From Chiloscyllium plagiosum (Eukaryota): a stretch of 64,000 nt of DNA. Where the stretch lies: NCBI RefSeq assembly GCF_004010195.1, contig NC_057718.1, forward strand, positions 20,140,372-20,204,371. The letters run 5' to 3'. Shown piece after piece: positions 23,905 to 37,831 of this stretch. Numbering within the stretch: the stretch's first letter is position 1; each line of letters begins with the position of its first letter. The position numbers and the translations under genes are program-made. The notes below the pieces were generated by a model. The model did not search any database, was not told the origin of the DNA, and was given only the letters and a program-made list of their open reading frames with translations.

Positions 23905-24475
23905 ATATTTGTTCATGGGATATGGGCATCATCACTAGCTGGGCCAGCATTGCCCATCCTTCGTTGCCTTTTTGGATGCTGGTGAGTTGTCTTCTTGCAC
24001 GACTACAATCCATTTGCTATAGGGATCCCTGTTAGGGAGTGAGTTTTAGGATTTTGACCGAGTGACACTGAAGAAATAGTAATATATTTCTAAGCAAGGT
24101 AGTGAGTGGCTTGGAGGGGAATGTGTAGGTGATGGTTTTCTCATAATCTGCTGCCCTTGTCCTTCGAGATGGTAGAGGTTGTAAATTTGGAAGATGCTAA
24201 CTAGGAGCCTTGATGAATTTATGCAGTGCGTTTTGTAGATAGCACACACTGCTGCTATTGAGCATCAGTGGTGGAGGATGAGAATGCTTGTGGATATGGT
24301 ACCCATCCAGTGAACTGCTTTGTCATGGATGGTGTTGAGCTCCTTGAATGCTGTTAGAGGTGTACTCACCCAGGCAAGTTGTGATTATTCCATCACATGA
24401 CTGACTTGTGCCTTGTAGGTAATGGACAGGTTCAGAGACTTAGGATGGGTTACTTTCCTAACCTCTGACCTGCTA
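23905..24475 (-). mobile_element. Degenerate LINE 3' region (CR1/L2-like)
   Basis: Minus strand resembles a LINE RT C-terminus (TYKAQV..VME..LAW.S...TIYK) followed by a 3' UTR. Confidence 0.5.
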
Positions 24476-25693
24476 GGACTTGTGTTTCTTCAGCAGTCCT
24501 TTGGGATTGAGTATGATTTGCTTCTACTGCAATTCGATTAGTTGTAAGATGTCTGATAAGCTCAAGTATGATCTGCATTCTGCCACATACAGGGCACTCA
24601 TTGCATGGAGGATCAAGTTGTTAAGGGACTTGCGCATTCCTCCAATATATTGCCTTTACCTCTGGATGCTCACAAATAAGCATTTCTACATATGTATGTT
24701 TTTCTGAATAAACCTTATCCATTTAGTTTGGTCACCAGCCAGGAAGTCTCATGAGTCAACAAAAATATTTGTCTACTTTTGTCCTCAAAGCATCCCTAAA
24801 TTATTTACATTTCCTTTAGGAATCACCTATCCCAACCAGGTTCTGAATAGAACAGTTGCTGTGGCTGTGGTGTCAAGTGACATTTATTCCACCCACCGGA
24901 GCTAGTCGCAAATGATTAGTGGCACAATTCTGCTGGACTTCTCTTTAACCATTTAGAAGGTCTTGGAGAGGGATCCTTCTTTGACGTGCCTTTTGAAGGT
25001 TGCCTTAGAAGTATAAATGAGCAGGTATGAGATCTTGGTCCTCAAATACTCTTTCCCTCAGACGGCCAAATGTTTACCTTTTTTCTCATTATTCACGGGT
25101 GAGGGTGTTGCTGGCTAGGCAGCATTTATTGCCCATTCCTAATGGTAGGTTGACAGTTAAGAGTCAACCACATGTATGCCAGGCCGTGAAAGGATGACAG
25201 TTTCCTTCCCTAAAGAACATTAGTAAATCATATGGGTTTTTCCCAGACCATCACCAATGGCTTCATGAACATCATTAGATACTTAATTCCAGATATTTAC
25301 TGAATTCAAATTCCTCCAAGTTGCCATGGCAGGATTCAAATGTGGATCGTTATCTGGATCTCTGGATTAACAGTCCAGCAATAATAGCACTAGGTCATCG
25401 CTTCCGCTGTACCCACCACATTAACAGTTAGCAGAACTTTGCCAATATGTTTTCATTAAGAGAAGGCTTTCAGCATAAGCCAGGAAAATCATCTGTGCTT
25501 GCCAGAATCTCAAGTTAATTCTAATCAAAAGGGATTGGGAAGGTGGACTGTGGGAGCTAGTTGCACGAGGAGTCAGTCATAAAGTCAGAGTCAGAGTAAT
25601 ACAGCATGGAAACAGACTCTTTGGTCCGACCAGTCCATGCCAAACATAATCCGAAACTAGCCACTTGAGTTTTCTGCTGAGATCACGACTATA

Positions 25694-25955
25694 TTGAGAA
25701 AAGGAAACAAGTCTGATTGCAGTAACCTTTATGGAGAGTCCTTGGTGTCTGCCGCAGAACAGATCAGTGCAAAGATCTTCCTTAATCACCTCTTCACAAT
25801 AGCCAACAAATTCCTTCCAGAATGGCAATGTGATTTTCATCCAACAACAGGCACTGCAGATATGATCGCCACTGTATGACAAAGCTAAGAGAAACACAAG
25901 GAACAGCACCAACCAACAATCATGACCTTTTGCAACATCACAAAAGCCTTCAATG
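25694..25955 (+). mobile_element. RTE-clade LINE RT fragment
   Basis: RKGNKSDCSNLYGESLVSAAEQISAKIFLNHL..IA...LPEWQCDF..TTGTADMI matches the RTE RT pattern (KG.RS.C.NYRGISLLS..GKI.A.ILL.RL...LPESQCGFR..RGT.DMIF). Confidence 0.65.
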
Positions 25956-26279
25956 GTGAAGGTTTAGAGTCCTACAGCACAGAAGAGGCAATTTGTTCTA
26001 TTAAGTCTACACCAAACAATCTACACTAATCCCACTTCTTAGCACTTGGCCCACAGTCTCGAATGTTTCAAGTGCTCATCCACTACCTTATTAAAGATTG
26101 AGGTTTTCCACCACCACTACTCACCCAGGCATTGAATTCCAGATTTTCACCCTCCTCAGGGAGGAACCATTCTTTTTTTCCCCTCAAATACCATCTAAAC
26201 ATCCCACCCTTCACCTAAACATTACATCCCCTCATGATTGACCCTGAAACCAAGGGGAGCAGCTAGAAGCATACAAAAT

Positions 26280-26565
26280 ACGAACAGGGGTCGACCATTT
26301 TTAGAACTGAGATGAAAAGAAATTTCTTCACGCAGAAGGTGGTAAGCCTGTGGTATTCACGACCACTGAATGCAGTCAAAGTCAAAACATTATACAATTT
26401 CAAGAGGGAGTTGGACATAGAACTTTGAGCTAAAGGGATCAAAGGTTTTGGAAGGGAAAAGCAAGAATAGGCTATTGAATTGGATAGTCAACCATGGTAT
26501 AATGAATGGTGGAACAGGCTTGAAGGGCTAAATGGTCTACCCCTGTTTGTATTTTCTATGTTTCT
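26280..26565 (+). mobile_element. CR1 LINE 3' end
   Basis: FRTEMKRNFFTQKVVSLW coding remnant followed by the GAAGGGCTAAATGG...TTCTATGTTTCT tail. Confidence 0.75.
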
Positions 26566-26569
26566 GACT

Positions 26570-28320
26570 TGACTGCGACCCCTTGTTCTGAACTCCCCTG
26601 CCATCAGAAACATCCATCTGTGTCTCTGCTGAATAGTCCTGTTAGAATTTTATAGGTTTCTATGAGATCCCCCTCATTCTCTGAACTCCAGCGAATATCA
26701 CCCTAACCAATTCAACCTCTCATCATATGTTTGTCCTGCCAGCCTAGGAATCAATGTGGTAAATATTTGCTACAGTTCCTCAAATAGCAAGAACATCCCT
26801 CTTGTTCAGACACAGGGTAAACACCTCGCTACTTTAAACACACAGAGAAGCTCTCCTCACGCCGTAATCTGTTAAATTTCAAGAAGCAAAGAACTATCCC
26901 AGATTTTACTACTAAAAGAATAAAATTGTTAATTTTTACTTTAGGTCCAACAGAGACCATTTAAAACAAGTTATTTACAACTCCTTTCTCTTAAACCTAC
27001 CCTTTATCTCCCACTCTACAATACTGCTCCAATAAATTCCCTCTTAAATTTACGGCAAATCAATTTCAAATCCAGTTGTCATCTTCAGATGTCAAACTTT
27101 CTCTGTAGATTTCTCGAGGTCGGCTTTGGTCTTCTGCTGCACAAATTTCCATGGACAGGTACTTTTTAGAGAGCTATTCTGCTGGCAGTCTTGGTGCTTG
27201 CTTGGCAGCTCTTCGTTGTTCTCCCGCTAAGTGTTCAAAATGTCTGGTTTATACCCCAAGACATCACATCATTTCATTGGTTTGATGTCATCCCAAACAG
27301 TAAAATTCAAATCCGATTGGATTTTGGTATTGGTAATTTAATGAGTGACCAAATTTGAATTTGATTTTGTTCCCCAGCAGCACAGCACCAGCCATTTGTG
27401 TCAACCAAATGTTACATTTTTAAAACTTTCAGCACACTCTGTACCTCAAAGTCCATGCAAGCTTCCGCGCTCTCGGAAAGGTACTGTACACACCTATAAC
27501 TTCATAACACTCTTCAGATAATGAGACCAAAACTACACACAATATTCCAGGTGTGGTCTAACCCAGACCCTGTATCATTACAGCAGGACATCTGTGCTTC
27601 TATATTGGAATCCTCTTGCTACGAAGGCCAACTTATCATTTGCTTTCTTCACCATCTGCATATTTACCTTCAGTGTACAAGGACACCTTGGTCTCTTTGC
27701 ACATTTCTCTCTCTAATTTATAGCCAGTTAATAATCTGCCTTCCAGTTTTTCCTACAAAAGTGAATAACCTCATCTATCTACATTATGCTGCATCTGCCA
27801 TACATTTGCCCAAATATTCAACATGTCCATATCATACTCAAGTATCTCTGCATCCTCCTCACAGCTTACCCTCCCAATCTTTATATCATCTACAAATCTG
27901 GAGATATTACATTTAGTTTCCTCATCCAAATCATTAAATATAATTTTATAAATAGCTGAGTATTAGCATTGATCTGTGATACTCCACTAGTCACTACCTT
28001 GCCATTCAGCAAAAGACACATTTATTCCTACTATTTCCTCTCAGCCAGCTTTCAATCCATCTCAAAACACTACTTTCAATCCCTTGTGCCTTAATTTTAC
28101 ACACTAATCTCTTACATGGAATTTTGTCAAAAGCCTCTGAAACAACTGACCTGAGTGAGAATAGTTTAGAATTCAACAAAAGAGAACAAAAGGATTGAGT
28201 AAGAAAGGGAAAATAAAGTACAAGAGTAGGCTTCTGAAAAGCCTCTCAAAGTCCAAATAAACCACATCCACTGACCTCCCCAAGTCAGCAACTCTACTTG
28301 TTACATCTTCAAAGAATCCT
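26570..28320 (-). mobile_element. CR1 LINE fragment interrupted by a solo LTR
   Basis: Minus strand encodes VRPHLEYCV-like and KFVDD-like remnants on both sides of the LTR. Confidence 0.75.
26803..27509 (-). mobile_element. Solo LTR related to the LTRs of copies A/C
   Basis: TGTT...AACA ends; perfect 4-bp TSD CTCT (26799-26802 / 27510-27513); colinear similarity with 30242-30894. Confidence 0.82.
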
Positions 28321-31300
28321 CAAAGTTTGAATTATGATTAAAAGTAGAGGAATGAGAAAAAGAAAGAATCGCTTTAGCAGAACAAGAAGAAAAAAAGAAA
28401 AAAAAAGGAAAGGGAGAGAAAGGAAAGGAAGAAAGAGAGGGAGTTTGAACTTCAGAAATTGGCATTTAGACAGAAGTTCAAAAATTCACTTCTTGAAATA
28501 GTGAGAGCTCACATGGAAGAGCAGTGAGTTAAGGTGGCAAGATTAGCAGCTAAAGTGGCTGATAATTATGAGTTGGTCCATAAATCAAAGTTTGGCTTCC
28601 AAAATCAATTTCAATCAGTGAGGGATAGAAATTGGGAAAAAGAGAAATCTTCACATGGAAAGGGAAAGGCAGATCTCAGTGAAGATCATAAGGATAAAGG
28701 GTAAAAAGGAAACACTTGAAGGGGAAAGAAGTTATAAAGCTCTGGTGTTCTCACTGCAATATAGTAGGCCACATGAAATCGTAGTGTTGGTTAGTTAGGA
28801 AAAGCACTGGGAAGCCAATTGTAAGAAAACAAAGTAAGCCAGTGAATTTTGTTGGAACGGTAACAGAAAGCATAGGGGAGGCTAGAAAGCTGCACCAGAA
28901 TGTACAACCTGGTCAGTGGTTGGCTAAGGAGGAAGTGCCAGATGTTCTTAAACCATATACCTGCGAAGATAAAGTTAATTCACATGGGCCAGGAGCAGAA
29001 GGTAAAGAGGTTACAATATTGAGAGATACAGGATTCTCCCAATCTATGATGCTAAAAGATGAGGACTATTGCCAGAAATGGTACTAGTAATGGGAATTCA
29101 CATTGAGACAAGTGCTCAATTATGTAGAGTGAGGCGAGAGAGTGTCCAGTGAAGAGTGGAAAAGTTGTGGTAGAAGTACTTGACAAACCCTCAGCTCCAG
29201 GAATATCATTTGTCCTTGCTAATGATATTGCTGGTTCACAGGTAGTAGAGTTGCCCACTGTGGTTGAAAGGCCAGTGGAAACTCAGGCAACTGAACTATT
29301 GCAAGAAACATATCCTGGGATATTTCCTGACTGTGTGGTAATGAGGTCACAAAGTCACCAGTTAAAGCAGGAGAGATCAAAGAGTATAGATAAGAAGGTT
29401 GAAATGGAATTAGCAGAGACCTTGTTTGATCAAATGGTTGACACAAACCAGGAACAGATAGATGACAAAGCAGACATCTTTAGCTCAAATAAATTAACTG
29501 AGTTATAGCAGAAAGATGAACATTTAAAGCAACTTTATCCAGAGACATACACAGAAAAAGCAGCCAAATATATTCCTGAACGTTATTATCTTGAAAATAT
29601 GTCTTAATGATGAAATGGATGCCATCATATATTCAGGCAGATGAGAAATGGGCAGTTCATCAATCATATTGCCAGTGGGTTATAGAAAGGTGGTCTTGAG
29701 TGGCACATGAGCTACCAGTAAGGGGCATTTATGAGTAAGAAAAACTCAAGCTAAAATTCAGAACCACTTTTACAGGCCTGGACTGGTCAAGGATGTAGTT
29801 GAATTTTGTCAGACATGTCATAATTGCGAGATAATTGGAAAATCACAGGCAGGAACAAAACCCAACATCTTTAATACTTATTCCTGCATTTGAGGAACCT
29901 TTTACAAGAGTCTTAATTGATTGTATAAGACCACTACCTTAAACAAAAAGTGGGAATCAGTATTTGTTAACAATAATGGATGTGTCCACTAGATTTCCAG
30001 AGGCTGTTCCCTTAACAATAATCACAGCTAAAAGGATTATAGAGGAGTTACTCAAATTTTTCACTAGATACGCACTACCCACAGAAATATAATCAGGTCA
30101 AGGGTCAAACTTCACATCAAACTTATTCAAAGGAGGTATGGACAGCTTAGGAATAAAATCTACTGCGCACCATCCAGAATTGCAGGGAGCAGACATCAAG
30201 ACCATGTTGAGGTCTTGTAGTCAAGACTATCCAGATAATTGTGTTACAACACAGGACAAACCCTCCTGCTTAGTTTAAAACCAGCAACACAAACGTCTTA
30301 TCCCATGCAGTAATCTGTAAAAATTGAGTGGCCAAGAACTTTAAAGTAAAAGTAAAAGTTAACTTTATTTCTTAAAGTATGACAGAGAATAATTAACAAT
30401 TATTTACAATTCCTTACTCTAACCTATGTTACCTTCCCTTCTATAATACTAATCTGATAAAACTCCCAAATCAGATTTTAAACAAGACGACTTATCTCAA
30501 AACCAGGCAGCTTTCTGTTCTATTTGGATCTTCCTGTGTCTTTTCTTCTTAGAAATTCCTGTGTTACAGGTTACTGATTGAAAAGGTACTTTCAAGAGAG
30601 CTATTTTTCAGTCAGGCAGTCTTTTCCCTGGTCTTATACCCCCAAAGCATCAGATTGTGTCATTGGCTTTTAAGATAGTCAATATACTCAATTCAAACTG
30701 GATTGGAGTTTGATAATTTTTGGGGTATAATTTAAACTGACTGGCCTAATTCAAATTTGTTTTTGCTTCTAGGCAATGAGTTAATCGAGTTGTTCAACCA
30801 AGTATTACGTTGCTACCTTATTGAAAACACTTGGTGCTGTGGCCAGTAGTTATGCTGCTTTCAACTCTCAACGTACACCTTCATCTTCATAACACCTCCC
30901 CCTTCAGAAAAAGATGAACCATTATAATGAAAAGATGGTTTCATTTTTATCCCCCTCTACTTTTTAAACACATTATCCTAACACACACATCTTTAATACA
31001 AGTTCACCTTCCCATATGCGTATAAAACACTAAATAAATACAAATCTCATCTAAACTTTATCAATTAAATTTGCGATAATGCATCTACAATTACATTTTT
31101 ACGACCTGCAACATGTATGATTTTCAAATTAAAAGTCTGTAACATAAGACTCCAATGAAATAGTCTCATGTTCTTGTCTTCAAAGTGTTCTGAGACTGTA
31201 AGCGGATTGTGGTCAGTGTACACAATCATCTCAGACACATTGTTTGTGACATACACATTAAAATGTTGGAAAGCCAGTACCAAACTCAATAATTCCTTTT

Positions 31301-32299
31301 CAATTGTGGAGTATTTCCTCTGGTGGATGTTGATTTTCTTCAAGTAGTAACCAACTGGCAGTTCAATCCCAACCACATCTTCCTGTACGAATATAGCTCC
31401 AACTCCAATGTCACTAGCATCGATGGCAACTTCAAAAGATTTTGAAAAGTTTAATGCAGTAAAAACTTGTTTGCGTGTTAATATTGATTTCAAATGGTCG
31501 AATGCATCCTGGCATTGTTCTGTCCACTGAAATTTTGTTCTTCAGCAAATCGGTTAACGATGCCACGACACTACTGAAGTTTGGAACAAATATCCGATTG
31601 AATCCACTGAACCCTAAGAATCGAAGCACCTCTTTCTTAGAGGTTGAGTGTGGTGGCCTTCGTCTTTGCGTTCCGTGGGGTCAACCTTCCATGACCGATG
31701 TTATGGCCCAAGAACATCACCTCTGGTTTTGCAAATTCCGTGTTATGTTTATCACCAGTTTTGCTTCTCGTTGTTCAAGGAGAACTGCCAAAAGTACCAT
31801 GTGAACTTTCCAGGACTTACTAAAGATCACTACACTGTCCAAGTAGACTGCACAGTTTGTTAACCCACCCACAATTCTGTTCATCAGTCTTTGGAATGTA
31901 GAGGACACATTCTTATTCCAAAGGGCATCGCTTTTAAACTGATATAGCCCATCTGGGATTACAAACAGAAATTTCTTTCAACAACTCTGATAAAGGTACC
32001 TGCCAGTAACTATGCAATAAGTCCAACTTAGTGATGTAACTGGCTCGTTCGACTTTCTTGATACAGTCCTCCAATATAGGAATAAGATATGAGTCCAATT
32101 TTGTAATGGCGTTGACCCTCCGATAATCCAAGCAGAATAGTTGAGTCCCGAGCATTTTGGGAACTAAGACAATCAATCAGTGAACTCTACTTGCTCTGGC
32201 TTGGTTCAATGATGTCCTTGTCGAGAATGGCCTCCACCTCCTTCTGGTCCTATCTGGCTTTGAAAGGATTAAGCTGATAGGGGTGTGTTTTTTTTTTAA

Positions 32300-32597
32300 A
32301 GATTACTTAGTGTGGAAACAGGCCCTTCGGCCCAACAAGTCCACACCGACCCGCCAAAGCGCAACCCACCCAGACCCATTCCCCTACATTCACCCCTTCA
32401 CCTAACACCAAGGGCAATTTAGCATGGCCAATTCACCTAACTTTTGGACTGTGGGAGGAAACCAGAGCACCCGGAGGAAATCCATGCAGACACGGGAGAA
32501 TGTGCAAACTTCACACAGACAGTCGCCTGAGGCAGGAATTGAACTCTGATCTCTGACACTGAGGCAGCAGTGCTAACCACTGTGCCACCGTGCCGCT
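32300..32597 (-). mobile_element. tRNA-derived SINE (HE1-like)
   Basis: Full head GGAGCGGCACGGTGGCACAGTGGTTAGC on the minus strand with an A-rich tail; interrupts the Gypsy RT start. Confidence 0.88.
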
Positions 32598-32964
32598 CCA
32601 TTTTATTGGAGCAATATTTCCTACATCTACTTCACGCACAATAGCATTAGTTCTCCCCATCTGATTCTTACATATGTCCTTGTACTGCAGTAACAAATCT
32701 TTCAACTGCACTCGACACTCCTGAGACAAATAGCTCACTAAACTATCCCATTCCTCAAGGACTTTTTCATTTTTTAATCTATTCTGAGGCACAAAATCCA
32801 CATCATCTGGATTTGATTCTCACTCTGCAGGGCAGTAACTAACACCTGTTTCTCCAGTTCTTACTCTCTACTATGATACGGTTACATGACATACTCTATA
32901 CCTTTTTTCCCCCCTCTATTTGGCATCTTTACTAAATAGTTCACCTGACTCAACTTGGTAACAG

Positions 32965-33185
32965 GAGAAAATGAGGACTGCAGATGCTGGAGATCAGAGC
33001 TGAAAATGTGTTGCTGGAAAAGCATAGGTCAGGTAGCATCCAAGGAACAGGAGAATCGATGTTTCGGGCATAAGCCCTTCTTCAGGAATCATTCCTGAAG
33101 AAGGGCTTATATGTCCGAAACGTCGATTCTCCTGTTCCTTGAATGCTGCCTGACCTGCTGCGCTTTTCCAGCAACACATTTTCAG
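32965..33185. mobile_element. Fold-back PLE terminus insertion with hammerhead motifs on both strands
   Basis: Inverted arms of about 90 bp; motifs at 33095-33124 (+) and 33085-33058 (-); 16-bp TSD CTCAACTTGGTAACAG at 32949-32964 and 33186-33201. Confidence 0.85.
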
Positions 33186-36100
33186 CTCAACTTGGTAACA
33201 GTATTAACACATTACCCCTTGGGTAAACATCCAAATCTCAGCTTTTATCTGCCACCCGTTTCATTCTGTCCCCTCTTTAGGTACTGTTTAGCTAACTCAC
33301 CTACTGGATTTAATCTCTCCCTCCCCTCCAATACATAATCTCAGTGTGAGAACTCAGACTTTCACCCTGTCAATTTTTCTTGAATTTCAAAGGCCCTCTC
33401 ACTTCATGACCGAATATTAACTCAAAGGGAGTAAACGGAGTAGATTCATTTGGGGCATCTCTAATGGCAAACAATACGAATGGGATACCTTTATCCCAAT
33501 AATTTGGGTAATCCTGACAGCATGCTCTCAACATGGTCTTCAAGGTCTGATGCCACCCTTCTAAAGCTCCCTGGAAATCAGGATGATACGCACTGGATTT
33601 AAAGTGCTGTATATCTAAACTATCCATAACCTCAAATAGCCAGGCAGTAAAATATGACTCTTGGTCCGACTGAATCTCTGAGTAGCCCATATCATCTGAA
33701 GCTAACTCCTCTACTACGCTTTTTGACTTGATACGCTGAAATGGAATTGCCTCCGGAAATCTGGTAAACACATCCACTACAGTTAACAAGTACTGGTTCC
33801 CATTTTTAGTTCTCGCGCGGAGACCGACACAATCAATTATAACCCGCATGAAAGGTTCTTCAAGTGTGGAAATTGGAAACAAAGGTGCTGGTTTTATTAC
33901 CACCTGAGGCATACTTTCTGTTTGGTATGTATAACACTTACAGCAAAAATTAACCACATCCTTGTGCATTCCATGCCAATAAAAATGTTTTTGTACCTTA
34001 GCCTGAATCTTTCGTACCCCTAGGTGACCTCCGACTGGAATTCATGTAACATCTTCTATCTGTATGCTACTGGCAATACAATCTGGTGCACTTCGGCCCA
34101 TTTCTCCTCTGCACTAACCTGCCATGGTCTCCATTTCAACCTTAGGATTCTAGCTTTCAGATAATAACCCTCTGGAATATTCTTTGCCTCCTTTTCAGAG
34201 TACGCATCTATTTATATATATATATGGTTTTATTGCAAGCCTCTTAGCCTTTCAGGACTAAACACTAAACACAGAAGAGTTTTTCTACCTCTTCTGCACT
34301 TGCCTGTTTCTCTAATACACCCAAGTGTTTGAGTAATTCCCTTACAATTTCAGCTTTACTTTTGTCCTTGGTTAAACCCAAATCTAACTTAATTGCTAAT
34401 TCTAAAATGTATGGCCTTTTTCTTTCCTTATAAACTTCCTTGGCAAATCTGAGAATCATCTTCAAATCCCAGAATTTCTTTCGCAATTTTAAGAGCCATT
34501 TCTCTCACTTTTAATTTAATCAACCACAAGTCACCCAAATTAAACAAATTGTCTCACCACTGTTTTATTTCAAGATCTAGGACACTAACCTGCAAGTGTT
34601 TAAATATGCCGAGACTTTTCATACCCCCAAATCTATTCAAATCCATCTCAACTAGTTCAAATCACAGCCCCCAAACAGGAGGCAAACCCTCCTGCTTAAT
34701 TTAAAACCAGCAAGATTTATCCCTTGCTGTAATCTATAAAAGTTTGAGTGACCAAGAACTGCTTAAAGCAAATATTAACAACTTTATTTCTTAAAGTATA
34801 ACAGAATAATTAACAAACAACTATTTGCAATTCCTTACTCTAACCAATGTTACCTTCCCTTCTATAATACTAGTCCGCTAAAACTCCCAATTAAGATTTA
34901 GAAAAACAAGACTTATCTAAAAACCAGGCAGCTTTCAGTTCTATTTGGCTCTTCCTGTGTATTTTCTTCTTACAAATTTCTCTATTACAGGTTACCGATT
35001 GAAAAGGTATTCTGAAGAGAACTATTTTTCAGGCAGTCTTTTATGCACTGGGGCTTGGCAGTCCTCCTTTCAATCGTTCAGTCTTATACTTCCAAAGCAT
35101 CGGATTGTCATTGGCTATTAAGCTTGTCAATTTACTCAATTCAAACTGGATTGGAGTTTGGTATTTTGGGGGGCATAATTTAAACGGATTGGCTGAATTC
35201 AAATGTGTTTTTGTCTCCAGGCAACGAGCGAATCGAGTTGTTCGACCAAGTGTTACATTGTTACCTTATTGAGAATACTTGGTGCTGTGTCTAGTAGTCC
35301 TACTGCTTTTAACTCAAAGTACACCCACATCTTCATAACAGTTGTGATAAGGGAACTCCATTTATGCTTTTTGCAATCAGAGATGCACAAATGAATCAAC
35401 CAAATTCAGTCCATTTGAATTAGATGTTGGGCATGAAGTAAGAGGACCACCAAAATTGATTAAGGAGAAACAGGAAGCAGACAAGAAATCAAAAGCTCGC
35501 CATTTTGCTGTGGAGATAAAATGTTAGTGTTACTTCCAGCGACAGGTGAACCTTTAAAAGCAAGGTTTAGTGGACTTTATTAAATCAACAAGAAATGGAG
35601 TGAAATGAACTATTTGATAAGGACTCCAGACAGAAAGAAATCTCTCAGTGTGTCATGTGGAGAGCCAAAGAAGACTGTTATTGGTTACAACACAGAGGGA
35701 AGAACCAAGTTCAGAGGATTCTGAATTGGACATTCCTCAAATTTAATTGGACAATGGGGAAGTTGTCAAAAATTGGGATAAACTATTGAGTTACCTTCCA
35801 GAGGAAAATTGAAATGACCTGAACGTTATTACCATCACGTGGGAGATATATGGAAATAAGTTGGCAAGTACTAACCTAATTACGCATGATGTACATATAG
35901 GAGATGCTGTTCTGACTAAGCAACATCCTTTTAGCCATAACCCTCTAACGTTGGCACAGGTTCAAAAGGAGATTGAATGCATGCTCCAAGACATAATCAG
36001 TGAGTTACAGTCTCTGGAACTCACCCATAGTAATAGTGCCAAAACCAGATGGTACCCAACAGTTGTGTTGACTTTCACAAAGTCAATGCAGTTACAAAAA

Positions 36101-36779
36101 CTGATGCATATCCAATTCTGCATTTGGAAGACCGTGTTGAGAAGGTTGGACAAGTAATTTATATTTTTAAGTTGGACTTACTCAGAGGATTCTAGCAGGT
36201 ACCTTTGTCAAAAAGAGCAAAAGCAATTTTGGCTTTCATAAAGCCGAATGGACTATCAGTTTAAAGTCATGCCATTTGGTATGAAAAAATGAGCCAGCCA
36301 CATTTCAGAGACTAACCAAAAAGACCACTGCCGGATTACCCAAATGTGTCATACATATAGATGACCTGGTGATTTTTAGTCACACTTGGAAGGAACATTT
36401 ACAACATTTATCAGACTTGTTTGATGGACTTCAGAAGACAAGCTTGGTGATAAACCTGCCTAAAAGTGAATTTCCCAAAGACCAAGGCACCTTCCTGGGT
36501 CATGTTAATGGATATGGACAAATGGCTCCATGGAATGCAAAAACAAAGGTAATTGGGGAATTTCCCATACCATCGACAAGAGGAGCAGTACTACAGTTCC
36601 TGAGATTGGATTTTATTGAAAATTCATACCAAGTTTAAGCAGCATGGCTGCTCCATTCACTGAATTGCTGAAGGTCAGAAATTTAGTGGACAGTGGACTG
36701 TCAGAAGGTATTTGACAGCCTGAAAGCAGTGTTAACCACTGCCCTGGTAATAGCCATACCTAATTATGCAAAGCTATTC

Positions 36780-37830
36780 AAAGAACAAAGAAAATTACAG
36801 CTCAGGAACAGGCCCTTCAGCCCTCCAAGCCTGCGCCAATCCAGATCCTCTATCTAAACCTGTCACATATTTTCTAAGGATCTGTATCCCTCTGCTCCCT
36901 GTCCATTCATGTATCTGTCTAGATACATCTTAAAAAACACTACCTCCGCTGGCAACGCGTTGCAGGCACCCACTACCCTCTGCGTAAAGAACTTTCTATG
37001 CATATCTCCCTTAAACATTTCCCTCTCACCTTGAACTAGTGACCTCTGGTAATTGAGTCCCCCACACTGGGGGAAAAAAAAAGTTTCTTGCTATCCACTC
37101 TGTCTATACCTGTCTTGATTTTGTAGAACTCAATCAGGTCCCCCCTCAACCTCAGTCTTTCTAATAAAAATAATCCTAATCTATCAACCTCTTCATAGAT
37201 AGTGCCCTCCATACCAGGCAACATCAGAGTGAACCTCCTCTGCACCCTCTCCAAAGCATCCACATGTTGCTTGGCAATGTGGTGACCAGAACTGTACACA
37301 GTATTCCAAATGTGGTCGAACCAAAGTCCTATGCAACTCTAACATGACCTGCCAACTCTTGCACTCGATACCTTGTCCAATGAAGGAAAGCAAGCCATAT
37401 GCCTTCTTGACCACACTATCGACCTTCAATGGACCTGAACACCCAGGTCTATCTGGTACATCAAGTTTTCCCAGGGCTTTTCCTTTACTGAAAAGTTTGC
37501 TCTTGAATTGCATCTTCCAAAATGCATCACCTTGCATTTACCCGGATTGAACTCCATCTGCCCTTTCTTTGCCTAACTCTTCAATTTATGTTATGCTACA
37601 TTCTCTGACAGTCCCCTTCACTGTCTGCTACTCTACCAATCTTAGTGTCATCTGCAAACTTGTTAATCAGACCACTTATACCTTCCTCCAGATCATTTAC
37701 GTGCATCACAAACAGCAGTGGTACCACAGATCCAACTGGTCACAGTTATCCATTTTGAGAAACTCCTTTCACTATTACCCTGTATTCTGCTGCCCAGCCA
37801 GTTCTCTATCCATCTAGCTAGTACACCCTG
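36780..37830 (-). mobile_element. CR1 LINE, 5'-truncated
   Basis: ORFs 37036-37299 and 37193-37537 (LVRPHLEYCVQFWSPH, LERVQRRFT); tail at 36780. Confidence 0.88.
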
Positions 37831-37831
37831 G

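Larger units (their letters stand above)
30242..35340 (-). mobile_element. Gmr1-like Gypsy element (copy C, same subfamily as A), gag-protease largely deleted
   Basis: LTRs at 30242-30894 and ~34674-35340; PPT complement 30895-30906; PBS-like TGGGGGCT at 34673. Integrase ORF 33370-33969 precedes RT (31717-32176, YLDS) and RNase H (31065-31493). Flanks are ATTG/GTTG. Confidence 0.9.
28322..36779 (+). mobile_element. Gmr1-like Gypsy element (copy D, same subfamily as B), split by copy C
   Basis: Gag/knuckle ~28750, protease ILRDTGFS (ORF 28842-29087) and integrase 29700-30241, resuming at 35341, followed by RT 35860-36640. A 3' LTR remnant lies at 37832-38039. Confidence 0.85.
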
